From: Prevotella sp. UBA1104
Lineage (GTDB): Bacteria; Bacteroidota; Bacteroidia; Bacteroidales; Bacteroidaceae
Direction: 5' to 3'
NCBI GenBank assembly: GCA_002314055.1
Contig: DCBP01000096.1
Span: 19,511-83,510, forward strand
Length of the DNA: 64,000 nt
Shown here: positions 31,382 to 39,873 of the stretch, one piece after another
How the letters are laid out: the number at the start of each line of letters is the position of its first letter
How positions within the stretch are numbered: position 1 is the stretch's first letter
Program-made: the position numbers and the translations under genes
The notes under the pieces: model-generated
Databases searched by the model: none
What the model saw: the letters and a program-made list of their open reading frames with translations, nothing else
Told to the model about the DNA's origin: nothing

Positions 31382-32353
31382 GGCAGTGGTGAGAGATGAA
31401 AAGGTGATGCGCCTGTCGGTATTCAGCCGACATGGGGGCGCATCGGCTTTTCATCGGCTTTACTTCACTCTCAATAAAACTTGTTTTACTGAGGGGGAAG
31501 TAATGCTCACCTCTGCCATACCTATTGAATAAGCGAGAGTGCTGGCTGACTTTTAGCAATCTCCGATTGCCATAAGTCAGACGGCTTTCTCGCATTGACA
31601 GACAATAGAAAGCGCAGCTTTACCAGACAAAGGGCGAAGCCTGTGAGGAAATGAAGGCATTGCCTTATTGCAGAGAGTGTGAAGGCGCAGCCTTGCAAAA
31701 AGCGAATGGATGTGGAGAGAAATGCAATGAAGTGGGAATGTAGGGTTTCGGCTTGGCGCGAAGAGCCAAGGCGGAACCCGTAATGGGAACGTAATGGAAT
31801 GTAGCGCAACGTCCTTTCGCAACTCTGAAAGGTGAAGGGTGTGCAACACTGTTCACCTTTTAATAAAGACAGACATCGAAGATGTAGGAAATGAAATTGA
31901 CGCTTGCGTGTTGATGATTGACGTGTAGGTCAGACAAGCACGCTGAAAGCGTTGCTTGGCTGGGCGGAGCGTCAATCATCAGCGGAGGTGGTGCATTGTT
32001 CGGTGGCGAGGACCGGCGCAGCCGTGAAAGCGTGGGGCGTGGAATGAAGTGGAGGTGCTTCGGGCTGACGTGAAGGAAAGTGTGTGTTGCTTACCCCGTG
32101 CCGTAACTCGTGTGCCTGCACTTTCTCTGAAAGACGCAGCGGACTTGTCGACGCTCGCGGCGATGTGTCCGCTGCCCTTCCAGAGAAAAGAGTTGCGGCA
32201 CGGATTAAGGGAAGTGGCATACTCTTTCCGCAACAGAAGAACGAAGAGCCGGAACGCAATGGAACGCCCCACGGTTTTCTTAGCCACAGCGTGGCTTGTA
32301 CTCGCTATGAACAATGCACCGCCGGAGCCGTTGGCTGAAGGCTTTAGCCTTTT
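31382..32353 (+). ncRNA. Putative large structured non-coding RNA (5' end undefined)
   Basis: Nested long helices with + strand G-U pairs, no credible ORF, terminator at 32333-32353. Confidence 0.6.
32333..32353 (+). terminator. Intrinsic terminator closing the structured region
   Basis: GGCTGAA-ggc-TTTAGCC followed by TTTT. Confidence 0.55.
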
Positions 32354-32972
32354 ATTCTCTTCGGGCGTGGGAGCGCCGAAGTACAATAAGAATAATACCT
32401 ATTATAAATAGGATGATGAAAGTGAGCTTTGTGGATGACGAAAGGAAAGGCTTGCTTTCCTTTTGTGTATTTTGCGCCTTTGCGTATGAGGACTGCATCG
32501 CCTTGGCGAGGCTGTCCGCTTCCTGCTGGTACATGGAGGACTTTTCCTCGACCTTCCGGGAGAGGTGAAGTCCGTAGACGGTTACTTTGGACGGCTGCGC
32601 CGTGGAAAATGAAGAAGACTTTGTCTTGGTGTTCTTATGGGGCTTGCCCGTAGAGGGAGAAACGTCAGGGAGTGGCGCAGAGGTATCGGAGTGCTCACTG
32701 GTGTTTCGGGTGGGTGGGAAGTATAGAGCGCAGCTGTCGAAGGAAAGGGCGGTGAGGCGCCTTAAAGAGCTGGATGAAAGATTCTCGGCGGATTGCCATT
32801 GGGCTTGCACAACGGCGTTCCGACCGCTTTCATCATTCTGTGTTTTCCGCACTGTCTTGCATCCTGCAAGGCAAATTACGGAAAAAATAAAGCCCCACCC
32901 CCAGACCCCTCCCCAAAGGGAGGGGAGTGATATGCTTGAGAACTTGTGTTTTAGAAATGGGATGATATTCAT
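32352..32972 (-). CDS. Lipoprotein with C-terminal TM helix (u-spanin-like)
   Basis: Lipobox LAGC, C-terminal LTFIILFIIGIILIVL-RR, directly after the endolysin. Confidence 0.6.
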   Translation of the reverse strand: MNIIPFLKHKFSSISLPSLWGGVWGWGFIFSVICLAGCKTVRKTQNDESGRNAVVQAQWQSAENLSSSSLRRLTALSFDSCALYFPPTRNTSEHSDTSAPLPDVSPSTGKPHKNTKTKSSSFSTAQPSKVTVYGLHLSRKVEEKSSMYQQEADSLAKAMQSSYAKAQNTQKESKPFLSSSTKLTFIILFIIGIILIVLRRSHARRE

Positions 32973-33005
32973 ATTCAGGGATGATTTAGTTGTGAGAGTA
33001 TTCTT

Positions 33006-33416
33006 TCAGATGTTTGCATATTCTTTTGTGGCATCGAAGGATGGGCAGGCTTTCGGGGCGAAGTCGCGATGACTGCGGATGCTTGCATGTGGAAACTGCT
33101 CTTTTAGCTCTTTGAGAAGAGATAAAAGTGCAGCCTTCTGTGCTGACGTGCGAGTGTCCTTCGGACTCTTGCCGTCAGTTGCGAGACCACCTATGTAGCA
33201 TACTCCGATGCTATTGGTGTTGTGCCCCTGGCAGTGCGCTCCAACCGCTCCGATTGGGCGCCCAGTGTGTATGCTGCCGTCAAGGTAGACAACGTAATGG
33301 TAGCCGATGGAGGCGAATCCGCGTTGTCGGTGCCAACGGTCGATGTCGGCGACAGTGAAAGACTTGCCTTCGGGAGTTGCGGAGCAATGGACGATGATTG
33401 TGGTGATCTTTCTCAT
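33006..33416 (-). CDS. N-acetylmuramoyl-L-alanine amidase (T7-lysozyme-like endolysin)
   Basis: IIVHCSAT, IGYHY, GAHC, SIGVCYIGG, HRDF..KACPSFD motifs. Confidence 0.93.
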   Translation of the reverse strand: MRKITTIIVHCSATPEGKSFTVADIDRWHRQRGFASIGYHYVVYLDGSIHTGRPIGAVGAHCQGHNTNSIGVCYIGGLATDGKSPKDTRTSAQKAALLSLLKELKEQFPHASIRSHRDFAPKACPSFDATKEYANI

Positions 33417-33664
33417 TTCTTCTCCTCCTCTTTCAGTTTGTTGTCGAGATAGGATCTGAGTTCGGAGTACTTGCTTTGTATGTAGATGGTAACCCCGAAG
33501 ATGGATCCGGCATAGATAAGGCACTCGGCGAAAATGCCGAGGACCGACTCGTGGATTTGACCGGTGGGCGGTACTACGAACCCTGCGACGGCAAGGAGAA
33601 ATCCGCCAATCAGCATAGCGATTGCAGAAGTAATCTGGATGTTTTCTTTAGTTTCTTTAGTCAT
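33413..33664 (-). CDS. Putative holin
   Basis: 83 aa, two TM helices, charged C-terminus, overlaps the endolysin start. Confidence 0.7.
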   Translation of the reverse strand: MTKETKENIQITSAIAMLIGGFLLAVAGFVVPPTGQIHESVLGIFAECLIYAGSIFGVTIYIQSKYSELRSYLDNKLKEEEKK

Positions 33665-33708
33665 GATGATAAGAATTAGTTGATTGAATAAACAGAAGAA
33701 AGTTGCTT

Positions 33709-33743
33709 GTCTTTTGCCATTCAGAGAATAAGAGTTACTTTTG
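33709..33743 (+). promoter_or_regulatory. Element-specific promoter GTCTTTT-N20-TACTTTTG, antisense orientation
   Basis: Same motif and spacing as the six minus-strand copies. Confidence 0.65.
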
Positions 33744-33752
33744 TGTCATGTT

Positions 33753-33827
33753 TGTGGTATGAGACCATTAACATTTGGTATGTGGTATGAGACCATTTAT
33801 ACTTTGGCGTTGTGGTATGAGACCATT
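33753..33827 (+). repeat. Three TGTGGTATGAGACCATT direct repeats
   Basis: Exact 17-bp copies at 33753, 33781 and 33811 with 11- and 13-nt spacers. Confidence 0.9.
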
Positions 33828-33844
33828 TCGCCATTTTTCGTATC

Positions 33845-35002
33845 TTAGAACTTGGAAAAGTTATAGGAAACTTCATAGTTTTGTTCATCAGTCCCTCTTG
33901 CACAAGCAATAACCTTAAACACGGCGAGGTTTGTGCGAAGGTCCGAAAAGCGGAACGCCCAGGAAAAGTCCGTTTCCTTGTAGAAACCGACAGCAAACTT
34001 GAACGAATGATACTTGTAAAGGATATCAAAGAGTTTTTGTCCGTAAGGAATACGGATCTTGTTAATCTTTCCGTCCGGGAGTTCAACGACCTTCACCTTA
34101 GAGAACAGGGCTTCCGGCGTTTGCATATATTGGTGTTTCGTTTCATTAGGTTGCAGTTTCTCCATGCGGAACGAAACCGTGTCGTCGCTGTTGATGATTA
34201 TTTTCTTAGAGTCAAAAAACCTGTTCCATCCGCGACGTTTAGGGAGATATTCCCTTGGCAATTCCGGGTTTTCCTTGTCAGTCCACCGTCTTGAAGTACG
34301 TGTCGTGTAACGGAAGATTACCGGAATGAGCCCCGACTTGACCAACTGATAAGCCCCCTGAATATAAATCTTGTTGTCCTTGATAATCGCCTCGATATGC
34401 ACGGAGGTGGTTTGACGCATGGAAGCAAACGTATTGATGTTGTTCTGGAGCGTTCGGATGGCAGACTTCAGAGAAGAGATGTCCGTTTGGAGCTGCTTAA
34501 TGTCGATATCCATGAGGTTGGCACCGCGGCGCAGGGAAGTGATGGAGAGTTGGATATTGCTGATGCTCTTTTCAAGGTCGGAGAGAGATATTTGGAGGGA
34601 CGTGATGTCCTTGGAAACTGCGGAAATATCCGTTTTGCACTTGTTGAGATCCGTTACCTGCTGAGCACGCATAACCCCGGCACGTTCGGTGGTGGCTTGG
34701 CGGATGGAAATGGAATTTTGCAAGACCTGCGACCTGTTCGTTTTCAGATCAGACTTGGTGAGGGAGAGGAAGACACTGTTGCGGTCGTCCGAGCCAATGG
34801 AAATGCCGTTGAGCATTGATCCGAGATTTTGCAGCGCCGTGCGCCATGCAGCAAGGCTCGCCACGTCCGACTGTTGGGCGGTGTTGGCGATGACGTCGGC
34901 AATGCGCTGGAGAAGCGCGCCGAGGACTTCGGGAGAAATACTTTCCTCTTGAGTTTCGTTGCGGAAAGAGGAGATTAGATTAGTGAGAGAAGAGATGTCC
35001 AT
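33845..35002 (-). CDS. Phage protein with coiled coil (possible tail fibre or accessory)
   Basis: 385 aa, heptad-rich middle, ATTERAGVM motif, own element-specific promoter. Confidence 0.6.
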   Translation of the reverse strand: MDISSLTNLISSFRNETQEESISPEVLGALLQRIADVIANTAQQSDVASLAAWRTALQNLGSMLNGISIGSDDRNSVFLSLTKSDLKTNRSQVLQNSISIRQATTERAGVMRAQQVTDLNKCKTDISAVSKDITSLQISLSDLEKSISNIQLSITSLRRGANLMDIDIKQLQTDISSLKSAIRTLQNNINTFASMRQTTSVHIEAIIKDNKIYIQGAYQLVKSGLIPVIFRYTTRTSRRWTDKENPELPREYLPKRRGWNRFFDSKKIIINSDDTVSFRMEKLQPNETKHQYMQTPEALFSKVKVVELPDGKINKIRIPYGQKLFDILYKYHSFKFAVGFYKETDFSWAFRFSDLRTNLAVFKVIACARGTDEQNYEVSYNFSKF

Positions 35003-35014
35003 GATTTTTTATTG

Positions 35015-35049
35015 CAAATATAATTTGGTGGAATTGATGAAGAAAAGAC
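35015..35049 (-). promoter_or_regulatory. Element-specific promoter GTCTTTT-N20-TATATTTG
   Basis: Exact motif upstream of the 35002 start. Confidence 0.7.
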
Positions 35050-35183
35050 GAAATTGAATTTAGAATTTAGAGTGTAGAATGTAGAATTGTGGCTTCGCCA
35101 TTGAGAATTGGAGAATTATTGAATCTTTGTGTAACTGAAAAATTGAAAAATGATAGAACTGCGAGAACTGGAATTTCCTACAA

Positions 35184-35615
35184 TCAGTGATTGTAGCGGA
35201 GGTGCTTGTCGTCCAGGGCTTGGGCGACGATACCGACAAACTCGTTGGCGATGTTTTCGGAGAGGAAATCACGGAGGTTCATTACAGAGGCGTAGTATTT
35301 GCGAGAGAACCATGGTTTCTTTTTGCGCTTGCGGTCGCGGCCGATGTCGCCATTATTACCTCTTGGAACCTCTTTTCCGGTGCCATAGTTCTGCCAAAGG
35401 CCGTATTCAAGAAATGTTTGACTAAGTCCAATTTCGATGAATCTGCCATCGGCTCTTACGGGGAGGGACTTGGGACTGTTGAGCAACCTCCCGGTGTCGA
35501 TGACACCGAGGAGAGTGATTTGCTCCTTCCATATCTTCAGCATCGTGTCGTTGAAGGCAAGAACGAATTTCTCGCGCTCCTGCTGGGTTTGGTCATTGCC
35601 ATTCTGTGGGGTCAT
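35184..35615 (-). CDS. Phage hypothetical protein (possible neck/tail completion)
   Basis: IDTGRLLNS motif; position in the morphogenesis operon. Confidence 0.6.
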   Translation of the reverse strand: MTPQNGNDQTQQEREKFVLAFNDTMLKIWKEQITLLGVIDTGRLLNSPKSLPVRADGRFIEIGLSQTFLEYGLWQNYGTGKEVPRGNNGDIGRDRKRKKKPWFSRKYYASVMNLRDFLSENIANEFVGIVAQALDDKHLRYNH

Positions 35616-36126
35616 AACGAAGGTCGGTAAAGGTGTCTACTGCAATTTGAAAGAAAGCGCATGCGCAGCCGGAGAAGAAATACTGGTCTATTTCTTGGAA
35701 ACTGATACGTGGATCGAGGTAGATGCTGTTTTGTTCTAACCTTGTTTTCTCCAAAATCAACTTGCTCATGAACTGACGGAACAACTCGCGCATGGAGTCC
35801 ATACACGCTTGTCGGGCGGTCATGTCGCCGAGAGCGTGACGCATGGCGAGGAAGACAGTCTTCACTCGCCTTGTGTGGGGACTGTTGTTCACTTCGATGT
35901 AGCCTTGACTGATGTCCGACACGGCGACGATGGCGGTGGCGGATTGGAGCTGGTTGAGAGCTTCCTCGAAGCCGTCAAGACCGCTGACCTTGGCGAAGAC
36001 AAATTCTTTGGTTTGGGCGAATTTGTTGGTGGATGTGAGGGTTTGGAAGAAGACGGCGGCATTCCAGGCCCCACCCCCGAACCCCTCCCCGTGGGAGAGG
36101 GGAGTAATATGCTTTTGTTGCGTCAT
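35593..36126 (-). CDS. Phage hypothetical protein (possible tail terminator)
   Basis: 177 aa, overlaps the next gene; position. Confidence 0.6.
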   Translation of the reverse strand: MTQQKHITPLSHGEGFGGGAWNAAVFFQTLTSTNKFAQTKEFVFAKVSGLDGFEEALNQLQSATAIVAVSDISQGYIEVNNSPHTRRVKTVFLAMRHALGDMTARQACMDSMRELFRQFMSKLILEKTRLEQNSIYLDPRISFQEIDQYFFSGCACAFFQIAVDTFTDLRYDPTEWQ

Positions 36127-36281
36127 AGTGGAAAGATTGAAAAATTGAAAAAATGAAAGATTGAAAAATTGAGAGATTGAAAGATTGAAAAAAGATGAGA
36201 GAACTGGGAGTAATGGGAGAACTGATGTTCTGCTTAGGACAGATGGGACTAATAGGACAAATACACTTTTGAAGTATTATG

Positions 36282-37025
36282 CTATTTGGTGCTACGCTTG
36301 AAGTCCTCGACCTCCTTGGCTTTTGCATCTAACTCCGTCAGGGCTCGCCACGTGTCCATGGCGAGGACTGCGCTCTCTTTGGTGATGTCGCCACCAGTGA
36401 GGGCGCGAATCTGGGCGTTCATGGCGTTCTTGACTTCCTCGGCGGTGTTGGGGAAATTGCCGAGGAGGTTTGAAGGCACGATTGGGGATGCTGTAAAGAA
36501 GTGGTGGAACTGACGGGCGAAGTACTGCTTCAGCGCGGCAATCCAGTAGAATATGCCGAAGAGATGGGCGGTGGTGAGTTTACGCTGCTTGATTTTTGGG
36601 TAGAGCAAAGGGGCGGCATCTTTTAGGATGTTGATGTTTTTGGTGTGGAGAAAGCCTTGGTAATAATTATCCACTGCGATGAAAGTGGAGAACGGGATTT
36701 GCTGAAAATCGGCAGCGATGCCTTGCGCCTTGCCGATTTTCGTGATGCGTGTGGGGAATGGAGGAAATGACCTTAGAAAATCCAGAGTTGCGGTGGCGGA
36801 CTGGATTTGACGTGTTGAGAGCCATGCTTCATTTTTGCCGTGCTTGATGAGGGTGTTTCCCTTGAAACGGCAACACACAGAGAGGTTTGCCCATTTGAGA
36901 AGGCAAATAGTTTGGATTTCTTCCATTGGGTAGTCCTTGGAAAGGAGGTGGAAGAAATATTGGAGTTGGCGGTCAGAGAGGGACTGCCAATCAGTGGGGA
37001 GAGATATATTGAAAAATGCTTCCAT
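36282..37025 (-). CDS. Phage hypothetical protein
   Basis: LPTDWQSLS N-terminus, QIRALTGGDITKE C-terminus; element-specific promoter upstream. Confidence 0.65.
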   Translation of the reverse strand: MEAFFNISLPTDWQSLSDRQLQYFFHLLSKDYPMEEIQTICLLKWANLSVCCRFKGNTLIKHGKNEAWLSTRQIQSATATLDFLRSFPPFPTRITKIGKAQGIAADFQQIPFSTFIAVDNYYQGFLHTKNINILKDAAPLLYPKIKQRKLTTAHLFGIFYWIAALKQYFARQFHHFFTASPIVPSNLLGNFPNTAEEVKNAMNAQIRALTGGDITKESAVLAMDTWRALTELDAKAKEVEDFKRSTK

Positions 37026-37029
37026 ACGG

Positions 37030-37064
37030 CAAAGGTATGGAAGCATTGGTATGGAGGAAAAGAC
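37030..37064 (-). promoter_or_regulatory. Element-specific promoter GTCTTTT-N20-TACCTTTG
   Basis: Exact motif. Confidence 0.7.
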
Positions 37065-37069
37065 AAAAG

Positions 37070-37483
37070 TTATTTTAAAGTGTATTCTGTTGAAAGTCCG
37101 TTATTATTATCTGCTGTCTTCTCACTTTTTATACCGAATGGTGAATTGTTACAGCTAACATATATTCTAACGAAGTTTGTACTTTCTTTGCTTGATTGAG
37201 CAGTTGGAGTTGCGGATAATCTTACTGTTTGACCTTTTTTGAAAGGTCCATATGTACCTTCCCATGTTGATGATGTTGTAGATGTGCTTTCTTGTCCCTT
37301 TTCTGTTGTGTATGAAATAACTTGTTTAAAACGGCTTGGTACAAACATTTTTACTTCATACTTTACATAGTAAACATCATTTGCTTGTGTTGTATCATCA
37401 GGAATAACAGGATCATTAGACCCGTCTTTTGAACAAGAAACAATCAAAAGAAGTAAAGTGAAAAATATAAATATTTTTTTCAT
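37070..37483 (-). CDS. Low-GC lipoprotein (moron/cargo)
   Basis: Lipobox IVSC; AT-rich; own TAATTTTG element upstream. Confidence 0.75.
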   Translation of the reverse strand: MKKIFIFFTLLLLIVSCSKDGSNDPVIPDDTTQANDVYYVKYEVKMFVPSRFKQVISYTTEKGQESTSTTSSTWEGTYGPFKKGQTVRLSATPTAQSSKESTNFVRIYVSCNNSPFGIKSEKTADNNNGLSTEYTLK

Positions 37484-37527
37484 ATCTTGATTATTAATTT
37501 ATTTATGCTGCAAAATTATAAAATATT

Positions 37528-38382
37528 TTAGAAGAAATATCCACTAGACTCTTTTTTATTTTTATATCCGTAGTCTTTAAAGAGATTGAAGGTGTCAGAG
37601 TTCTTCCATTCTAGGAAGACGTAGCTCTTGGAAGTACGTATGAAATTGACGGCATCGATGATGGACGGTGTTGGGAATTCGCCCGTTCTCAGGATTGAGA
37701 ACTCAATCGAACGAATCCGGTTGCTTAATTTCAGATAGGCATTTGAATCAGGAGATTTAGAAAAGTCGTTCCTTATGATACATTTCCGAAGGGTTTCCAT
37801 TAAACTTTCAGAAAAATAATCACGTGCGAGTTTATCCTCGATGATGATAAGCTGGTTTCGGATATCGGTGTATTTCAGCCAAATATGGTCGTTAAAACCG
37901 AGGTTCTGAACGATGTCGAGAGTCGGGAACATCGTCTTGGCGAAGAAGTTGTAAGGTTTCGAGTTGAGCCAGTGGTGAGCTTCGAGAAGCATCGGTTGGA
38001 TAGTTTGCAGGGCGTCATCACGGGTTTTCTCCAAGGATGATAAAAGTCGTTCGATGCGCTCCTTGGAAGCCGGGGCGATGTTTTGGTTGCTGACGATGCC
38101 GAAGCCGTTGGGGGTGAGGATGAGATCCAACTGGGGGATGGCATGGAGCATGGCTTCTGATGCTACGATGATGCGGCAGAAGTGGAGAAGCGGTGTGATG
38201 TCGGAGTAAGTTTTGATTCGCGACATAGTGTCGGTGGAGACAAACGTGTCAGTAAGCCACGTTTCCGCATGGAGAAGGTGGTACTGGATTTTGTCGTAAA
38301 GGGACGTTTCCCCGGCAACCGCTTTGAGGGTGTTGGGGATGTACTTTAATAAGGTGGTGTTGTCGGGGATTAAAGCTGACAT
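37528..38382 (-). CDS. Phage protein, DUF6712-like (possible head-tail adaptor)
   Basis: AIPQLDLILTPNGFGIVSNQNIAPASKER motif; follows portal. Confidence 0.65.
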   Translation of the reverse strand: MSALIPDNTTLLKYIPNTLKAVAGETSLYDKIQYHLLHAETWLTDTFVSTDTMSRIKTYSDITPLLHFCRIIVASEAMLHAIPQLDLILTPNGFGIVSNQNIAPASKERIERLLSSLEKTRDDALQTIQPMLLEAHHWLNSKPYNFFAKTMFPTLDIVQNLGFNDHIWLKYTDIRNQLIIIEDKLARDYFSESLMETLRKCIIRNDFSKSPDSNAYLKLSNRIRSIEFSILRTGEFPTPSIIDAVNFIRTSKSYVFLEWKNSDTFNLFKDYGYKNKKESSGYFF

Positions 38383-38424
38383 GATTACTAATTTTTTTTG
38401 TGAGTACTGGGAGAGCTGGGAGAA

Positions 38425-39816
38425 CTAATCATTTTTGTTGTCGGGGGGAGTGTTCTGTTTTTCGGTGCTTACCTGCTTGGCATCCTTGTTCTCGTCAAGA
38501 GTGGTAAGCTGGATGAAAGGGCAGTCGGGCTTGACCGCTGACCAGTTGTTGAAACGGATGATAAGGCGATGGACGTTGAAAAGTAGGTCATGATACGGTT
38601 TTTGCAGAGCCTGTGCGATGGTGTAAAGCTCACGCTTGTCAGAGCCGGAGTTGTTTGTCTGAGTTTTGCCGGGGACAGAGCCGACGAGGTTGGAGTGGAC
38701 ACGCATTGTGAAACACATCATGTTCACCGCCTCGATGATGTCCGTCGCCCAGTCGCCGCCCTCCTTGTCAGTCTCGATTTTGTTGATGACGACATCGTGC
38801 TGCTCCTCACCGTTCGGTGATACGTAGAACGTGGAGAAGAGGACCTTTCCACTGTTCTCCATACCCGTGAGAAAGTTGATGATGTTATCCTTCTCCTTGT
38901 TTACGCGTTCCTGCTGCTTCACTTTATCCGTGATACCCTCGACTTTGAAGATGTTGTTCCAGAAGCTGTTGGCAATCTCGATGTGGTATTTTATTGGGGC
39001 GGAGTTCTTGAGTTTCGCTTCCTTGGCGATGCCGATGAGCTGCTTGATGTTGTACCACTTGCCCTTGAAAAGAGCGGCATAGTAAGGGATTGGGTAATAG
39101 GTGTTGTCGGGCGTGGGAACACGACTCAAAACCGCAAACTTGCGGTTTGAGAATGAAGAATTAAGAGTGAAGAATGAAGAATTCTGATTAGCGTTGTTCT
39201 TTGTTTTTCCTTTGTTTAACCGCTGCTGCAAATCCGAGAGAGGGGATTGAGGATTCAATAACTCGATGCGCTCGATGTCTTCTGGGGAAGGAGTATTGCG
39301 CCAGTTGGCATAGAGGATGTAAGGGATTATGCCGTTCTTGTCAGCCGGGGCGAAGCGGACGTAACAGGCTTGCTTGCGTGCGATGCGGACGATGCGTGAG
39401 CCGTCCTCGTTGAGGATGATGACGCTTACGGCGAAACCGAAGTGTTTGAAGTCTTGGCAGACGCCGAGGAAATAACTCGCGATGTCATTATCAGCGGTGA
39501 AGTCCTCAACTTCCTTCTGTACTTGTGCGGTGGCGGAGCTTGTGTCGTAGACTAAGCCGCTGCCGTAGCAGACTTCGGCATTGAACATCTGGCATGTGGC
39601 GAGAGTTTCATCGGACTCGATAAGGTCGATGATGTTATACGGCATCTGGTTGTCGGCGCCCCATGGGATGTATTGCATCTTTTCAGTGATGAACACTGGG
39701 GCGATGTTGTGCTCCTCCTTGAAGACTTCACTTGTCTTGGGGGTGAAGGCGGCTGCCTTGTTGGTGCCGGGAATCTGGGCAACGGATGTTGGGGGGATGA
39801 AAGAAAAATCGCTCAT
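38425..39816 (-). CDS. Phage portal protein (putative)
   Basis: YIPWGADNQMP, YYPIPYY, FLTGMENSGK, SGSDKRE motifs of Bacteroidales phage portals. Confidence 0.78.
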   Translation of the reverse strand: MSDFSFIPPTSVAQIPGTNKAAAFTPKTSEVFKEEHNIAPVFITEKMQYIPWGADNQMPYNIIDLIESDETLATCQMFNAEVCYGSGLVYDTSSATAQVQKEVEDFTADNDIASYFLGVCQDFKHFGFAVSVIILNEDGSRIVRIARKQACYVRFAPADKNGIIPYILYANWRNTPSPEDIERIELLNPQSPLSDLQQRLNKGKTKNNANQNSSFFTLNSSFSNRKFAVLSRVPTPDNTYYPIPYYAALFKGKWYNIKQLIGIAKEAKLKNSAPIKYHIEIANSFWNNIFKVEGITDKVKQQERVNKEKDNIINFLTGMENSGKVLFSTFYVSPNGEEQHDVVINKIETDKEGGDWATDIIEAVNMMCFTMRVHSNLVGSVPGKTQTNNSGSDKRELYTIAQALQKPYHDLLFNVHRLIIRFNNWSAVKPDCPFIQLTTLDENKDAKQVSTEKQNTPPDNKND

Positions 39817-39834
39817 ATCTTGCTTTTTTGAGGG

Positions 39835-39869
39835 CAAAGATATGGGCGAAGAGATGTGGGGGAAAAGAC
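39835..39869 (-). promoter_or_regulatory. Element-specific promoter GTCTTTT-N20-TATCTTTG (portal)
   Basis: Exact motif. Confidence 0.7.
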
Positions 39870-39873
39870 AAGG

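Noticed and set aside
31912..31983. Hammerhead ribozyme (CTGATGA on the minus strand)
   Set aside because: CTGATGA lies within a perfect helix and no GAAA core follows the stem
32246..32278. Group II intron domain V look-alike (GAGCCG...ACGGTTTT)
   Set aside because: The inner stem does not pair, ACGCCCCACG pairs better with 32031-32040, and there is no RT/maturase or interrupted gene
30894..32411. Short overlapping ORFs on both strands
   Set aside because: No recognisable motifs, atypical composition and mutual overlaps; better explained by structured non-coding sequence
33753..33827. CRISPR array
   Set aside because: Repeats are only 17 bp, spacers are 11-13 nt and resemble each other, and no cas genes are present
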